From NCBI GenBank assembly GCA_964016885.1, contig OZ024758.1, positions 38,936,001-39,000,000 of the forward strand: a stretch of DNA of 64,000 nucleotides, written 5' to 3'. The DNA is from Eledone cirrhosa. Its lineage: Eukaryota. The notes below the pieces were generated by a model, which was given only the letters and a program-made list of their open reading frames with translations, was not told where the DNA came from and did no database searches. Below, in pieces: positions 13,851 through 27,090 of this stretch. The position numbers were made by a program, and so were the translations under genes. The number at the start of each line of letters is the position of its first letter. Within the stretch, counting starts at the first letter, position 1.

Positions 13851-14649
13851 CTAGCTGTCAGAAGTAACTCCACTGTTGGTGAGAATTCATTTAAGTTCAT
13901 GGTATTAGTTTGTCAGAAGTAACTCCACTGTTGGTGAGAATTCATTTAAGTTCATGGTATTAGTTTGTCAGAAGTAACTCCACTGTTGGTGAGAATTCAT
14001 TTAAGTCATGGTATTAGTTGTCAGAAGTAACTCCAATGTTGGTGAGAATTCATTTAAGCCATGGTACTAGCTGTCAGAAGTAACTCCAATGTTGGTGAGA
14101 ATTCATTTAAGTTCATGGTATTAGCTGTCAGAACGAACTCCACTGTTGGTGAGAATTCATTTAAGTTCATGGTATTAGCTGTCAGAAGTAACTCCACTGT
14201 TGGTGAGAATTCATTTAAGTTCATGGTACTAGCTGTCAGAAGTAACTCCAATGTTGGTGAGAATTCATTTAAGTTCATGGTATTAGCTGTCAGAAGTAAC
14301 TCCACTGTTGGTGAGAGTTCATTTAAGTCATGGTATTAGCTGTCAGAAGTAACTCCAATGTTGGTGAGAATTCATTTAAGTTCATGGTATTAGCTGTCAG
14401 AAGTAACTCCACTGTTGGTGAGAATTCATTTAAGTTCATGGTATTAGCTGTCAGAAGTAACTCCACTGTTGGTGAGAATTCATTTAAGTTCATGGTACTA
14501 GCTGTCAGAAGTAACTCCACTGTTGGTGAGAATTCATTTAAGTTCATGGTATTAGTTTGTCAGAAGTAACTCCACTGTTGGTGAGAATTCATTTAAGTCA
14601 TGGTATTAGTTGTCAGAAGTAACTCCAATGTTGGTGAGAATTCATTTAA

Positions 14650-17600
14650 GTTCATGGTATTAGCTGTCAGAAGGAACTCCACTGTTGGTGAGAATTCATT
14701 TAAGTTCATGGTATTAGCTGTCAGAAGGAACTCCAATGTTGGTGAGAATTCATTTAAGTCATGGTACTAGCTGTCAGAAGTAACTCCACTGTTGGTGAGA
14801 ATTCATTTAAGTTCATGGTATTAGCTGTCAGAAGTAACTCCACTGTTGGTGAGAATTCATTTAAGTTCATGGTACTAGCTGTCAGAAGTAACTCCAATGT
14901 TGGTGAGAATTCATTTAAGTTCATGGTATTAGTTTGTCAGAAGTAACTCCACTGTTGGTGAGAATTCATTTAAGTCATGGTATTAGTTGTCAGAAGTAAC
15001 TCCAATGTTGGTGAGAATTCATTTAAGCCATGGTACTAGCTGTCAGAAGTAACTCCAATGTTGGTGAGAATTCATTTAATTTCATGGTATTAGCTGTCAG
15101 AACGAACTCCACTGTTGGTGAGAATTCATTTAAGTTCATGGTATTAGCTGTCAGAAGTAACTCCACTGTTGGTGAGAATTCAGTTAAGTTCATGGTACTA
15201 GCTGTCAGAAGTAACTCCAATGTTGGTGAGAATTCATTTAAGTTCATGGTATTAGCTGTCAGAAGTAACTCCACTGTTGGTGAGAATTCATTTAAGTTCA
15301 TGGTATTAGCTGTCAGAAGGAACTCCACTGTTGGTGAGAATTCATTTAAGTTCATGGTATTAGCTGTCAGAAGTAACTCCACTGTTGGTGAGAATTCATT
15401 TAAGTCATGGTATTAGCTGTCAGAAGTAACTCCATTGTTGGTGAGAATTCATTTAAGTCATGGTACTAGCTGTCAGAAGTAACTCCAATGTTGGTGAGAA
15501 TTCATTTAAGTCATGGTACTAGCTGTCAGAAGTAACTCCAATGTTGGTGAGAATTCATTTAAGTTCATGGTATTAGCTGTCAGAAGGAACTCCACTGTTG
15601 GTGAGAATTCATTTAAGTTCATGGTATTAGCTGTCAGAAGTAACTCCACTGTTGGTGAGAATTCATTTAAATTCATGGTATTAGCTGTCAGAAGTAACTC
15701 CACTGTTGGTGAGAATTCATTTAAGTTCATGGTACTAGCTGTCAGAAGTAACTCCAATGTTGGTGAGAATTCATTTAAGTTCATGGTATTAGCTGTCCGA
15801 AGTAACTCCACTGTTGGTGAGAATTCATTTAAGTCATGGTATTAGCTGTCAGAAGTAACTCCAATGTTGGTGAGAATTCATTTAAGTTCATGTTATTAGC
15901 TGTCAGAAGTAACTCCAATGTTGGTGAGAATTCATTTAAGTTCATGGTATTAGCTGTCAGAAGGAACTCCACTGTTGGTGAGAATTCATTTAAGTTCATG
16001 GTATTAGCTGTCAGAAGGAACTCCAATGTTGGTGAGAATTCATTTAAGTCATGGTACTAGCTGTCAGAAGTAACTCCACTGTTGGTGAGAATTCATTTAA
16101 GTTCATGGTATTAGCTGTCAGAAGTAACTCCACTGTTGGTGAGAATTCATTTAAGTTCATGGTACTAGCTGTCAGAAGTAACTCCAATGTTGGTGAGAAT
16201 TCATTTAAGTTCATGGTATTAGCTGTCAGAAGTAACTCCACTGTTGGTGAGAATTCATTTAAGTTCATGGTATTAGCTGTCAGAAGTAACTCCACTGTTG
16301 GTGAGAATTCATTTAAGTTCATGGTATTAGCTGTCAGAAGGAACTCCACTGTTGGTGAGAATTCATTTAAGTTCATGGTACTAGCTGTCAGAAGTAACTC
16401 CACTGTTGGTGAGAATTCATTTAAGTTCATGGTATTAGTTTGTCAGAAGTAACTCCACTGTTGGTGAGAATTCATTTAAGTCATGGTATTAGTTGTCAGA
16501 AGTAACTCCAATGTTGGTGAGAATTCATTTAAGCCATGGTACTAGCTGTCAGAAGTAACTCCAATGTTGGTGAGAATTCATTTAAGTTCATGGTATTAGC
16601 TGTCAGAACGAACTCCACTGTTGGTGAGAATTCATTTAAGTTCATGGTATTAGCTGTCAGAAGTAACTCCACTGTTGGTGAGAATTCATTTAAGTTCATG
16701 GTACTAGCTGTCAGAAGTAACTCCAATGTTGGTGAGAATTCATTTAAGTTCATGGTATTAGCTGTCAGAAGTAACTCCACTGTTGGTGAGAGTTCATTTA
16801 AGTCATGGTATTAGCTGTCAGAAGTAACTCCAATGTTGGTGAGAATTCATTTAAGTTCATGGTATTAGCTGTCAGAAGTAACTCCACTGTTGGTGAGAAT
16901 TCATTTAAGTTCATGGTATTAGCTGTCAGAAGTAACTCCACTGTTGGTGAGAATTCATTTAAGTTCATGGTACTAGCTGTCAGAAGTAACTCCACTGTTG
17001 GTGAGAATTCATTTAAGTTCATGGTATTAGTTTGTCAGAAGTAACTCCACTGTTGGTGAGAATTCATTTAAGTCATGGTATTAGTTGTCAGAAGTAACTC
17101 CAATGTTGGTGAGAATTCATTTAAGTTCATGGTATTAGCTGTCAGAAGGAACTCCACTGTTGGTGAGAATTCATTTAAGTTCATGGTATTAGCTGTCAGA
17201 AGGAACTCCAATGTTGGTGAGAATTCATTTAAGTTCATGGTATTAGCTGTCAGAAGGAACTCCACTGTTGGTGAGAATTCATTTAAGTTCATGGTATTAG
17301 CTGTCAGAAGGAACTCCAATGTTGGTGAGAATTCATTTAAGTCATGGTACTAGCTGTCAGAAGTAACTCCAATGTTGGTGAGAATTCATTTAAGTCATGG
17401 TACTAGCTGTCAGAAGTAACTCCAATGTTGGTGAGAATTCATTTAAGTTCATGGTATTAGCTGTCAGAAGGAACTCCACTGTTGGTGAGAATTCATTTAA
17501 GTTCATGGTATTAGCTGTCAGAAGTAACTCCACTGTTGGTGAGAATTCATTTAAGTTCATGGTATTAGCTGTCAGAAGTAACTCCACTGTTGGTGAGAAT

Positions 17601-20600
17601 TCATTTAAGTTCATGGTACTAGCTGTCAGAAGTAACTCCAATGTTGGTGAGAATTCATTTAAGTTCATGGTATTAGCTGTCAGAAGTAACTCCACTGTTG
17701 GTGAGAATTCATTTAAGTCATGGTATTAGCTGTCAGAAGTAACTCCAATGTTGGTGAGAATTCATTTAAGTTCATGGTATTAGCTGTCAGAAGTAACTCC
17801 AATGTTGGTGAGAATTCATTTAAGTTCATGGTATTAGCTGTCAGAAGGAACTCCACTGTTGCTGAGAATTCATTTAAGTTCATGGTATTAGCTGTCAGAA
17901 GTAACTCCACTGTTGGTGAGAATTCATTTAAGTTCATGGTACTAGCTGTCAGAAGTAACTCCACTGTTGGTGAGAATTCATTTAAGTTCATGGTATTAGC
18001 TGTCAGAAGTCACTCCAATGTTGGTGAGAATTCATTTAAGTTCATGGTATTAGCTGTCAGAAGTCACTCCACTGTTGGTGAGAATTCATTTAAGTTCATG
18101 GTACTAGCTGTCAGAAGTAACCCCAATGTTGGTGAGAATTCATTTAAGTCCATGGTATTAGCTATCAGAAGTCACTCCAATGTTGGTGAGAATTCATTTA
18201 AGTTCATGGTATTAGCTGTCAGAAGTAACTCCACTGTTGGTGAGAATTCATTTAAGTTCATGGTATTAGCTGTCAGAAGTAACTCCACTGTTGGTGAGAA
18301 TTCATTTAAGTTCATGGTATTAGCTGTCAGAAGGAACTCCACTGTTGGTGAGAATTCATTTAAGTTCATGGTACTAGCTGTCAGAAGTAACTCCACTGTT
18401 GGTGAGAATTCATTTAAGTTCATGGTATTAGTTTGTCAGAAGTAACTCCACTGTTGGTGAGAATTCATTTAAGTCATGGTATTAGTTGTCAGAAGTAACT
18501 CCAATGTTGGTGAGAATTCATTTAAGCCATGGTACTAGCTGTCAGAAGTAACTCCAATGTTGGTGAGAATTCATTTAAGTTCATGGTATTAGCTGTCAGA
18601 ACGAACTCCACTGTTGGTGAGAATTCATTTAAGTTCCTGGTATTAGCTGTCAGAAGTAACTCCACTGTTGGTGAGAATTCATTTAAGTTCATGGTACTAG
18701 CTGTCAGAAGTAACTCCAATGTTGGTGAGAATTCATTTAAGTTCATGGTATTAGCTGTCAGAAGTAACTCCACTGTTGGTGAGAGTTCATTTAAGTCATG
18801 GTATTAGCTGTCAGAAGTAACTCCAATGTTGGTGAGAATTCATTTAAGTTCATGGTATTAGCTGTCAGAAGTAACTCCACTGTTGGTGAGAATTCATTTA
18901 AGTTCATGGTATTAGCTGTCAGAAGTAACTCCACTGTTGGTGAGAATTCATTTAAGTTCATGGTACTAGCTGTCAGAAGTAACTCCACTGTTGGTGAGAA
19001 TTCATTTAAGTTCATGGTATTAGTTTGTCAGAAGTAACTCCACTGTTGGTGAGAATTCATTTAAGTCATGGTATTAGTTGTCAGAAGTAACTCCAATGTT
19101 GGTGAGAATTCATTTAAGTTCATGGTATTAGCTGTCAGAAGGAACTCCACTGTTGGTGAGAATTCATTTAAGTTCATGGTATTAGCTGTCAGAAGGAACT
19201 CCAATGTTGGTGAGAATTCATTTAAGTCATGGTACTAGCTGTCAGAAGTAACTCCACTGTTGGTGAGAATTCATTTAAGTTCATGGTATTAGCTGTCAGA
19301 AGTAACTCCACTGTTGGTGAGAATTCATTTAAGTTCATGGTACTAGCTGTCAGAAGTAACTCCAATGTTGGTGAGAATTCATTTAAGTTCATGGTATTAG
19401 TTTGTCAGAAGTAACTCCACTGTTGGTGAGAATTCATTTAAGTCATGGTATTAGTTGTCAGAAGTAACTCCAATGTTGGTGAGAATTCATTTAAGCCATG
19501 GTACTAGCTGTCAGAAGTAACTCCAATGTTGGTGAGAATTCATTTAATTTCATGGTATTAGCTGTCAGAACGAACTCCACTGTTGGTGAGAATTCATTTA
19601 AGTTCATGGTATTAGCTGTCAGAAGTAACTCCACTGTTGGTGAGAATTCATTTAAGTTCATGGTACTAGCTGTCAGAAGTAACTCCAATGTTGGTGAGAA
19701 TTCATTTAAGTTCATGGTATTAGCTGTCCGAAGTAACTCCACTGTTGGTGAGAATTCATTTAAGTCATGGTATTAGCTGTCAGAAGTAACTCCAATGTTG
19801 GTGAGAATTCATTTAAGTTCATGTTATTAGCTGTCAGAAGTAACTCCAATGTTGGTGAGAATTCATTTAAGTTCATGGTATTAGCTGTCAGAAGGAACTC
19901 CACTGTTGGTGAGAATTCATTTAAGTTCATGGTATTAGCTGTCAGAAGGAACTCCAATGTTGGTGAGAATTCATTTAAGTCATGGTACTAGCTGTCAGAA
20001 GTAACTCCACTGTTGGTGAGAATTCATTTAAGTTCATGGTATTAGCTGTCAGAAGTAACTCCACTGTTGGTGAGAATTCATTTAAGTTCATGGTACTAGC
20101 TGTCAGAAGTAACTCCAATGTTGGTGAGAATTCATTTAAGTTCATGGTATTAGTTTGTCAGAAGTAACTCCACTGTTGGTGAGAATTCATTTAAGTCATG
20201 GTATTAGTTGTCAGAAGTAACTCCAATGTTGGTGAGAATTCATTTAAGCCATGGTACTAGCTGTCAGAAGTAACTCCAATGTTGGTGAGAATTCATTTAA
20301 TTTCATGGTATTAGCTGTCAGAACGAACTCCACTGTTGGTGAGAATTCATTTAAGTTCATGGTATTAGCTGTCAGAAGTAACTCCACTGTTGGTGAGAAT
20401 TCAGTTAAGTTCATGGTACTAGCTGTCAGAAGTAACTCCAATGTTGGTGAGAATTCATTTAAGTTCATGGTATTAGCTGTCAGAAGTAACTCCACTGTTG
20501 GTGAGAATTCATTTAAGTTCATGGTATTAGCTGTCAGAAGGAACTCCACTGTTGGTGAGAATTCATTTAAGTTCATGGTATTAGCTGTCAGAAGTAACTC

Positions 20601-23600
20601 CACTGTTGGTGAGAATTCATTTAAGTCATGGTATTAGCTGTCAGAAGTAACTCCATTGTTGGTGAGAAATCATTTAAGTCATGGTACTAGCTGTCAGAAG
20701 TAACTCCAATGTTGGTGAGAATTCATTTAAGTCATGGTACTAGCTGTCAGAAGTAACTCCAATGTTGGTGAGAATTCATTTAAGTTCATGGTATTAGCTG
20801 TCAGAAGGAACTCCACTGTTGGTGAGAATTCATTTAAGTTCATGGTACTAGCTGTCAGAAGTAACTCCAATGTTGGTGAGAATTCATTTAAGTTCATGGT
20901 ATTAGTTTGTCAGAAGTAACTCCACTGTTGGTGAGAATTCATTTAAGTCATGGTATTAGTTGTCAGAAGTAACTCCAATGTTGGTGAGAATTCATTTAAG
21001 CCATGGTACTAGCTGTCAGAAGTAACTCCAATGTTGGTGAGAATTCATTTAATTTCATGGTATTAGCTGTCAGAACGAACTCCACTGTTGGTGAGAATTC
21101 ATTTAAGTTCATGGTATTAGCTGTCAGAAGTAACTCCACTGTTGGTGAGAATTCATTTAAGTTCATGGTACTAGCTGTCAGAAGTAACTCCAATGTTGGT
21201 GAGAATTCATTTAAGTTCATGGTATTAGCTGTCCGAAGTAACTCCACTGTTGGTGAGAATTCATTTAAGTCATGGTATTAGCTGTCAGAAGTAACTCCAA
21301 TGTTGGTGAGAATTCATTTAAGTTCATGTTATTAGCTGTCAGAAGTAACTCCAATGTTGGTGAGAATTCATTTAAGTTCATGGTATTAGCTGTCAGAAGG
21401 AACTCCACTGTTGGTGAGAATTCATTTAAGTTCATGGTATTAGCTGTCAGAAGGAACTCCAATGTTGGTGAGAATTCATTTAAGTCATGGTACTAGCTGT
21501 CAGAAGTAACTCCACTGTTGGTGAGAATTCATTTAAGTTCATGGTATTAGCTGTCAGAAGTAACTCCACTGTTGGTGAGAATTCATTTAAGTTCATGGTA
21601 CTAGCTGTCAGAAGTAACTCCAATGTTGGTGAGAATTCATTTAAGTTCATGGTATTAGTTTGTCAGAAGTAACTCCACTGTTGGTGAGAATTCATTTAAG
21701 TCATGGTATTAGTTGTCAGAAGTAACTCCAATGTTGGTGAGAATTCATTTAAGCCATGGTACTAGCTGTCAGAAGTAACTCCAATGTTGGTGAGAATTCA
21801 TTTAATTTCATGGTATTAGCTGTCAGAACGAACTCCACTGTTGGTGAGAATTCATTTAAGTTCATGGTATTAGCTGTCAGAAGTAACTCCACTGTTGGTG
21901 AGAATTCAGTTAAGTTCATGGTACTAGCTGTCAGAAGTAACTCCAATGTTGGTGAGAATTCATTTAAGTTCATGGTATTAGCTGTCAGAAGTAACTCCAC
22001 TGTTGGTGAGAATTCATTTAAGTTCATGGTATTAGCTGTCAGAAGGAACTCCACTGTTGGTGAGAATTCATTTAAGTTCATGGTATTAGCTGTCAGAAGT
22101 AACTCCACTGTTGGTGAGAATTCATTTAAGTCATGGTATTAGCTGTCAGAAGTAACTCCATTGTTGGTGAGAAATCATTTAAGTCATGGTACTAGCTGTC
22201 AGAAGTAACTCCAATGTTGGTGAGAATTCATTTAAGTCATGGTACTAGCTGTCAGAAGTAACTCCAATGTTGGTGAGAATTCATTTAAGTTCATGGTATT
22301 AGCTGTCAGAAGGAACTCCACTGTTGGTGAGAATTCATTTAAGTTCATGGTATTAGCTGTCAGAAGTAACTCCACTGTTGGTGAGAATTCATTTAAATTC
22401 ATGGTATTAGCTGTCAGAAGTAACTCCACTGTTGGTGAGAATTCATTTAAGTTCATGGTACTAGCTGTCAGAAGTAACTCCAATGTTGGTGAGAATTCAT
22501 TTAAGTTCATGGTATTAGCTGTCCGAAGTAACTCCACTGTTGGTGAGAATTCATTTAAGTCATGGTATTAGCTGTCAGAAGTAACTCCAATGTTGGTGAG
22601 AATTCATTTAAGTTCATGTTATTAGCTGTCAGAAGTAACTCCAATGTTGGTGAGAATTCATTTAAGTTCATGGTATTAGCTGTCAGAAGGAACTCCACTG
22701 TTGGTGAGAATTCATTTAAGTTCATGGTATTAGCTGTCAGAAGGAACTCCAATGTTGGTGAGAATTCATTTAAGTCATGGTACTAGCTGTCAGAAGTAAC
22801 TCCACTGTTGGTGAGAATTCATTTAAGTTCATGGTATTAGCTGTCAGAAGTAACTCCACTGTTGGTGAGAATTCATTTAAGTTCATGGTACTAGCTGTCA
22901 GAAGTAACTCCAATGTTGGTGAGAATTCATTTAAGTTCATGGTATTAGCTGTCAGAAGTAACTCCACTGTTGGTGAGAATTCATTTAAGTTCATGGTATT
23001 AGCTGTCAGAAGTAACTCCACTGTTGGTGAGAATTCATTTAAGTTCATGGTATTAGCTGTCAGAAGGAACTCCACTGTTGGTGAGAATTCATTTAAGTTC
23101 ATGGTACTAGCTGTCAGAAGTAACTCCACTGTTGGTGAGAATTCATTTAAGTTCATGGTATTAGTTTGTCAGAAGTAACTCCACTGTTGGTGAGAATTCA
23201 TTTAAGTCATGGTATTAGTTGTCAGAAGTAACTCCAATGTTGGTGAGAATTCATTTAAGCCATGGTACTAGCTGTCAGAAGTAACTCCAATGTTGGTGAG
23301 AATTCATTTAAGTTCATGGTATTAGCTGTCAGAACGAACTCCACTGTTGGTGAGAATTCATTTAAGTTCATGGTATTAGCTGTCAGAAGTAACTCCACTG
23401 TTGGTGAGAATTCATTTAAGTTCATGGTACTAGCTGTCAGAAGTAACTCCAATGTTGGTGAGAATTCATTTAAGTTCATGGTATTAGCTGTCAGAAGTAA
23501 CTCCACTGTTGGTGAGAGTTCATTTAAGTCATGGTATTAGCTGTCAGAAGTAACTCCAATGTTGGTGAGAATTCATTTAAGTTCATGGTATTAGCTGTCA

Positions 23601-26600
23601 GAAGTAACTCCACTGTTGGTGAGAATTCATTTAAGTTCATGGTATTAGCTGTCAGAAGTAACTCCACTGTTGGTGAGAATTCATTTAAGTTCATGGTACT
23701 AGCTGTCAGAAGTAACTCCACTGTTGGTGAGAATTCATTTAAGTTCATGGTATTAGTTTGTCAGAAGTAACTCCACTGTTGGTGAGAATTCATTTAAGTC
23801 ATGGTATTAGTTGTCAGAAGTAACTCCAATGTTGGTGAGAATTCATTTAAGTTCATGGTATTAGCTGTCAGAAGGAACTCCACTGTTGGTGAGAATTCAT
23901 TTAAGTTCATGGTATTAGCTGTCAGAAGGAACTCCAATGTTGGTGAGAATTCATTTAAGTTCATGGTATTAGCTGTCAGAAGGAACTCCACTGTTGGTGA
24001 GAATTCATTTAAGTTCATGGTATTAGCTGTCAGAAGGAACTCCAATGTTGGTGAGAATTCATTTAAGTCATGGTACTAGCTGTCAGAAGTAACTCCAATG
24101 TTGGTGAGAATTCATTTAAGTCATGGTACTAGCTGTCAGAAGTAACTCCAATGTTGGTGAGAATTCATTTAAGTTCATGGTATTAGCTGTCAGAAGGAAC
24201 TCCACTGTTGGTGAGAATTCATTTAAGTTCATGGTATTAGCTGTCAGAAGTAACTCCACTGTTGGTGAGAATTCATTTAAGTTCATGGTATTAGCTGTCA
24301 GAAGTAACTCCACTGTTGGTGAGAATTCATTTAAGTTCATGGTACTAGCTGTCAGAAGTAACTCCAATGTTGGTGAGAATTCATTTAAGTTCATGGTATT
24401 AGCTGTCAGAAGTAACTCCACTGTTGGTGAGAATTCATTTAAGTCATGGTATTAGCTGTCAGAAGTAACTCCAATGTTGGTGAGAATTCATTTAAGTTCA
24501 TGGTATTAGCTGTCAGAAGTAACTCCAATGTTGGTGAGAATTCATTTAAGTTCATGGTATTAGCTGTCAGAAGGAACTCCACTGTTGCTGAGAATTCATT
24601 TAAGTTCATGGTATTAGCTGTCAGAAGTAACTCCACTGTTGGTGAGAATTCATTTAAGTTCATGGTACTAGCTGTCAGAAGTAACTCCACTGTTGGTGAG
24701 AATTCATTTAAGTTCATGGTATTAGCTGTCAGAAGTCACTCCAATGTTGGTGAGAATTCATTTAAGTTCATGGTATTAGCTGTCAGAAGTCACTCCACTG
24801 TTGGTGAGAATTCATTTAAGTTCATGGTACTAGCTGTCAGAAGTAACCCCAATGTTGGTGAGAATTCATTTAAGTTCATGGTATTAGCTATCAGAAGTCA
24901 CTCCAATGTTGGTGAGAATTCATTTAAGTTCATGGTATTAGCTGTCAGAAGTAACTCCACTGTTGGTGAGAATTCATTTAAGTTCATGGTATTAGCTGTC
25001 AGAAGTAACTCCACTGTTGGTGAGAATTCATTTAAGTTCATGGTATTAGCTGTCAGAAGGAACTCCACTGTTGGTGAGAATTCATTTAAGTTCATGGTAC
25101 TAGCTGTCAGAAGTAACTCCACTGTTGGTGAGAATTCATTTAAGTTCATGGTATTAGTTTGTCAGAAGTAACTCCACTGTTGGTGAGAATTCATTTAAGT
25201 CATGGTATTAGTTGTCAGAAGTAACTCCAATGTTGGTGAGAATTCATTTAAGCCATGGTACTAGCTGTCAGAAGTAACTCCAATGTTGGTGAGAATTCAT
25301 TTAAGTTCATGGTATTAGCTGTCAGAACGAACTCCACTGTTGGTGAGAATTCATTTAAGTTCCTGGTATTAGCTGTCAGAAGTAACTCCACTGTTGGTGA
25401 GAATTCATTTAAGTTCATGGTACTAGCTGTCAGAAGTAACTCCAATGTTGGTGAGAATTCATTTAAGTTCATGGTATTAGCTGTCAGAAGTAACTCCACT
25501 GTTGGTGAGAGTTCATTTAAGTCATGGTATTAGCTGTCAGAAGTAACTCCAATGTTGGTGAGAATTCATTTAAGTTCATGGTATTAGCTGTCAGAAGTAA
25601 CTCCACTGTTGGTGAGAATTCATTTAAGTTCATGGTATTAGCTGTCAGAAGTAACTCCACTGTTGGTGAGAATTCATTTAAGTTCATGGTACTAGCTGTC
25701 AGAAGTAACTCCACTGTTGGTGAGAATTCATTTAAGTTCATGGTATTAGTTTGTCAGAAGTAACTCCACTGTTGGTGAGAATTCATTTAAGTCATGGTAT
25801 TAGTTGTCAGAAGTAACTCCAATGTTGGTGAGAATTCATTTAAGTTCATGGTATTAGCTGTCAGAAGGAACTCCACTGTTGGTGAGAATTCATTTAAGTT
25901 CATGGTATTAGCTGTCAGAAGGAACTCCAATGTTGGTGAGAATTCATTTAAGTCATGGTACTAGCTGTCAGAAGTAACTCCACTGTTGGTGAGAATTCAT
26001 TTAAGTTCATGGTATTAGCTGTCAGAAGTAACTCCACTGTTGGTGAGAATTCATTTAAGTTCATGGTACTAGCTGTCAGAAGTAACTCCAATGTTGGTGA
26101 GAATTCATTTAAGTTCATGGTATTAGTTTGTCAGAAGTAACTCCACTGTTGGTGAGAATTCATTTAAGTCATGGTATTAGTTGTCAGAAGTAACTCCAAT
26201 GTTGGTGAGAATTCATTTAAGCCATGGTACTAGCTGTCAGAAGTAACTCCAATGTTGGTGAGAATTCATTTAATTTCATGGTATTAGCTGTCAGAACGAA
26301 CTCCACTGTTGGTGAGAATTCATTTAAGTTCATGGTATTAGCTGTCAGAAGTAACTCCACTGTTGGTGAGAATTCATTTAAGTTCATGGTACTAGCTGTC
26401 AGAAGTAACTCCAATGTTGGTGAGAATTCATTTAAGTTCATGGTATTAGCTGTCCGAAGTAACTCCACTGTTGGTGAGAATTCATTTAAGTCATGGTATT
26501 AGCTGTCAGAAGTAACTCCAATGTTGGTGAGAATTCATTTAAGTTCATGTTATTAGCTGTCAGAAGTAACTCCAATGTTGGTGAGAATTCATTTAAGTTC

Positions 26601-27090
26601 ATGGTATTAGCTGTCAGAAGGAACTCCACTGTTGGTGAGAATTCATTTAAGTTCATGGTATTAGCTGTCAGAAGGAACTCCAATGTTGGTGAGAATTCAT
26701 TTAAGTCATGGTACTAGCTGTCAGAAGTAACTCCACTGTTGGTGAGAATTCATTTAAGTTCATGGTATTAGCTGTCAGAAGTAACTCCACTGTTGGTGAG
26801 AATTCATTTAAGTTCATGGTACTAGCTGTCAGAAGTAACTCCAATGTTGGTGAGAATTCATTTAAGTTCATGGTATTAGTTTGTCAGAAGTAACTCCACT
26901 GTTGGTGAGAATTCATTTAAGTCATGGTATTAGTTGTCAGAAGTAACTCCAATGTTGGTGAGAATTCATTTAAGCCATGGTACTAGCTGTCAGAAGTAAC
27001 TCCAATGTTGGTGAGAATTCATTTAATTTCATGGTATTAGCTGTCAGAACGAACTCCACTGTTGGTGAGAATTCATTTAAGTTCATGGTA
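14650..27090. repeat. Large block duplication, offset 6726 bp (5221-bp unit plus a nested 1505-bp duplication)
   Basis: 16 successive + strand ORF-track blocks from 15030/21756 to 20251/26977 are offset by 6726. The private variant TTCCTGG lies at 18637 and 25363. A nested 1505 offset is seen at 19498/21003 and 20251/21756, with GAGAAATC at 20669 and 22174. Confidence 0.92.
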
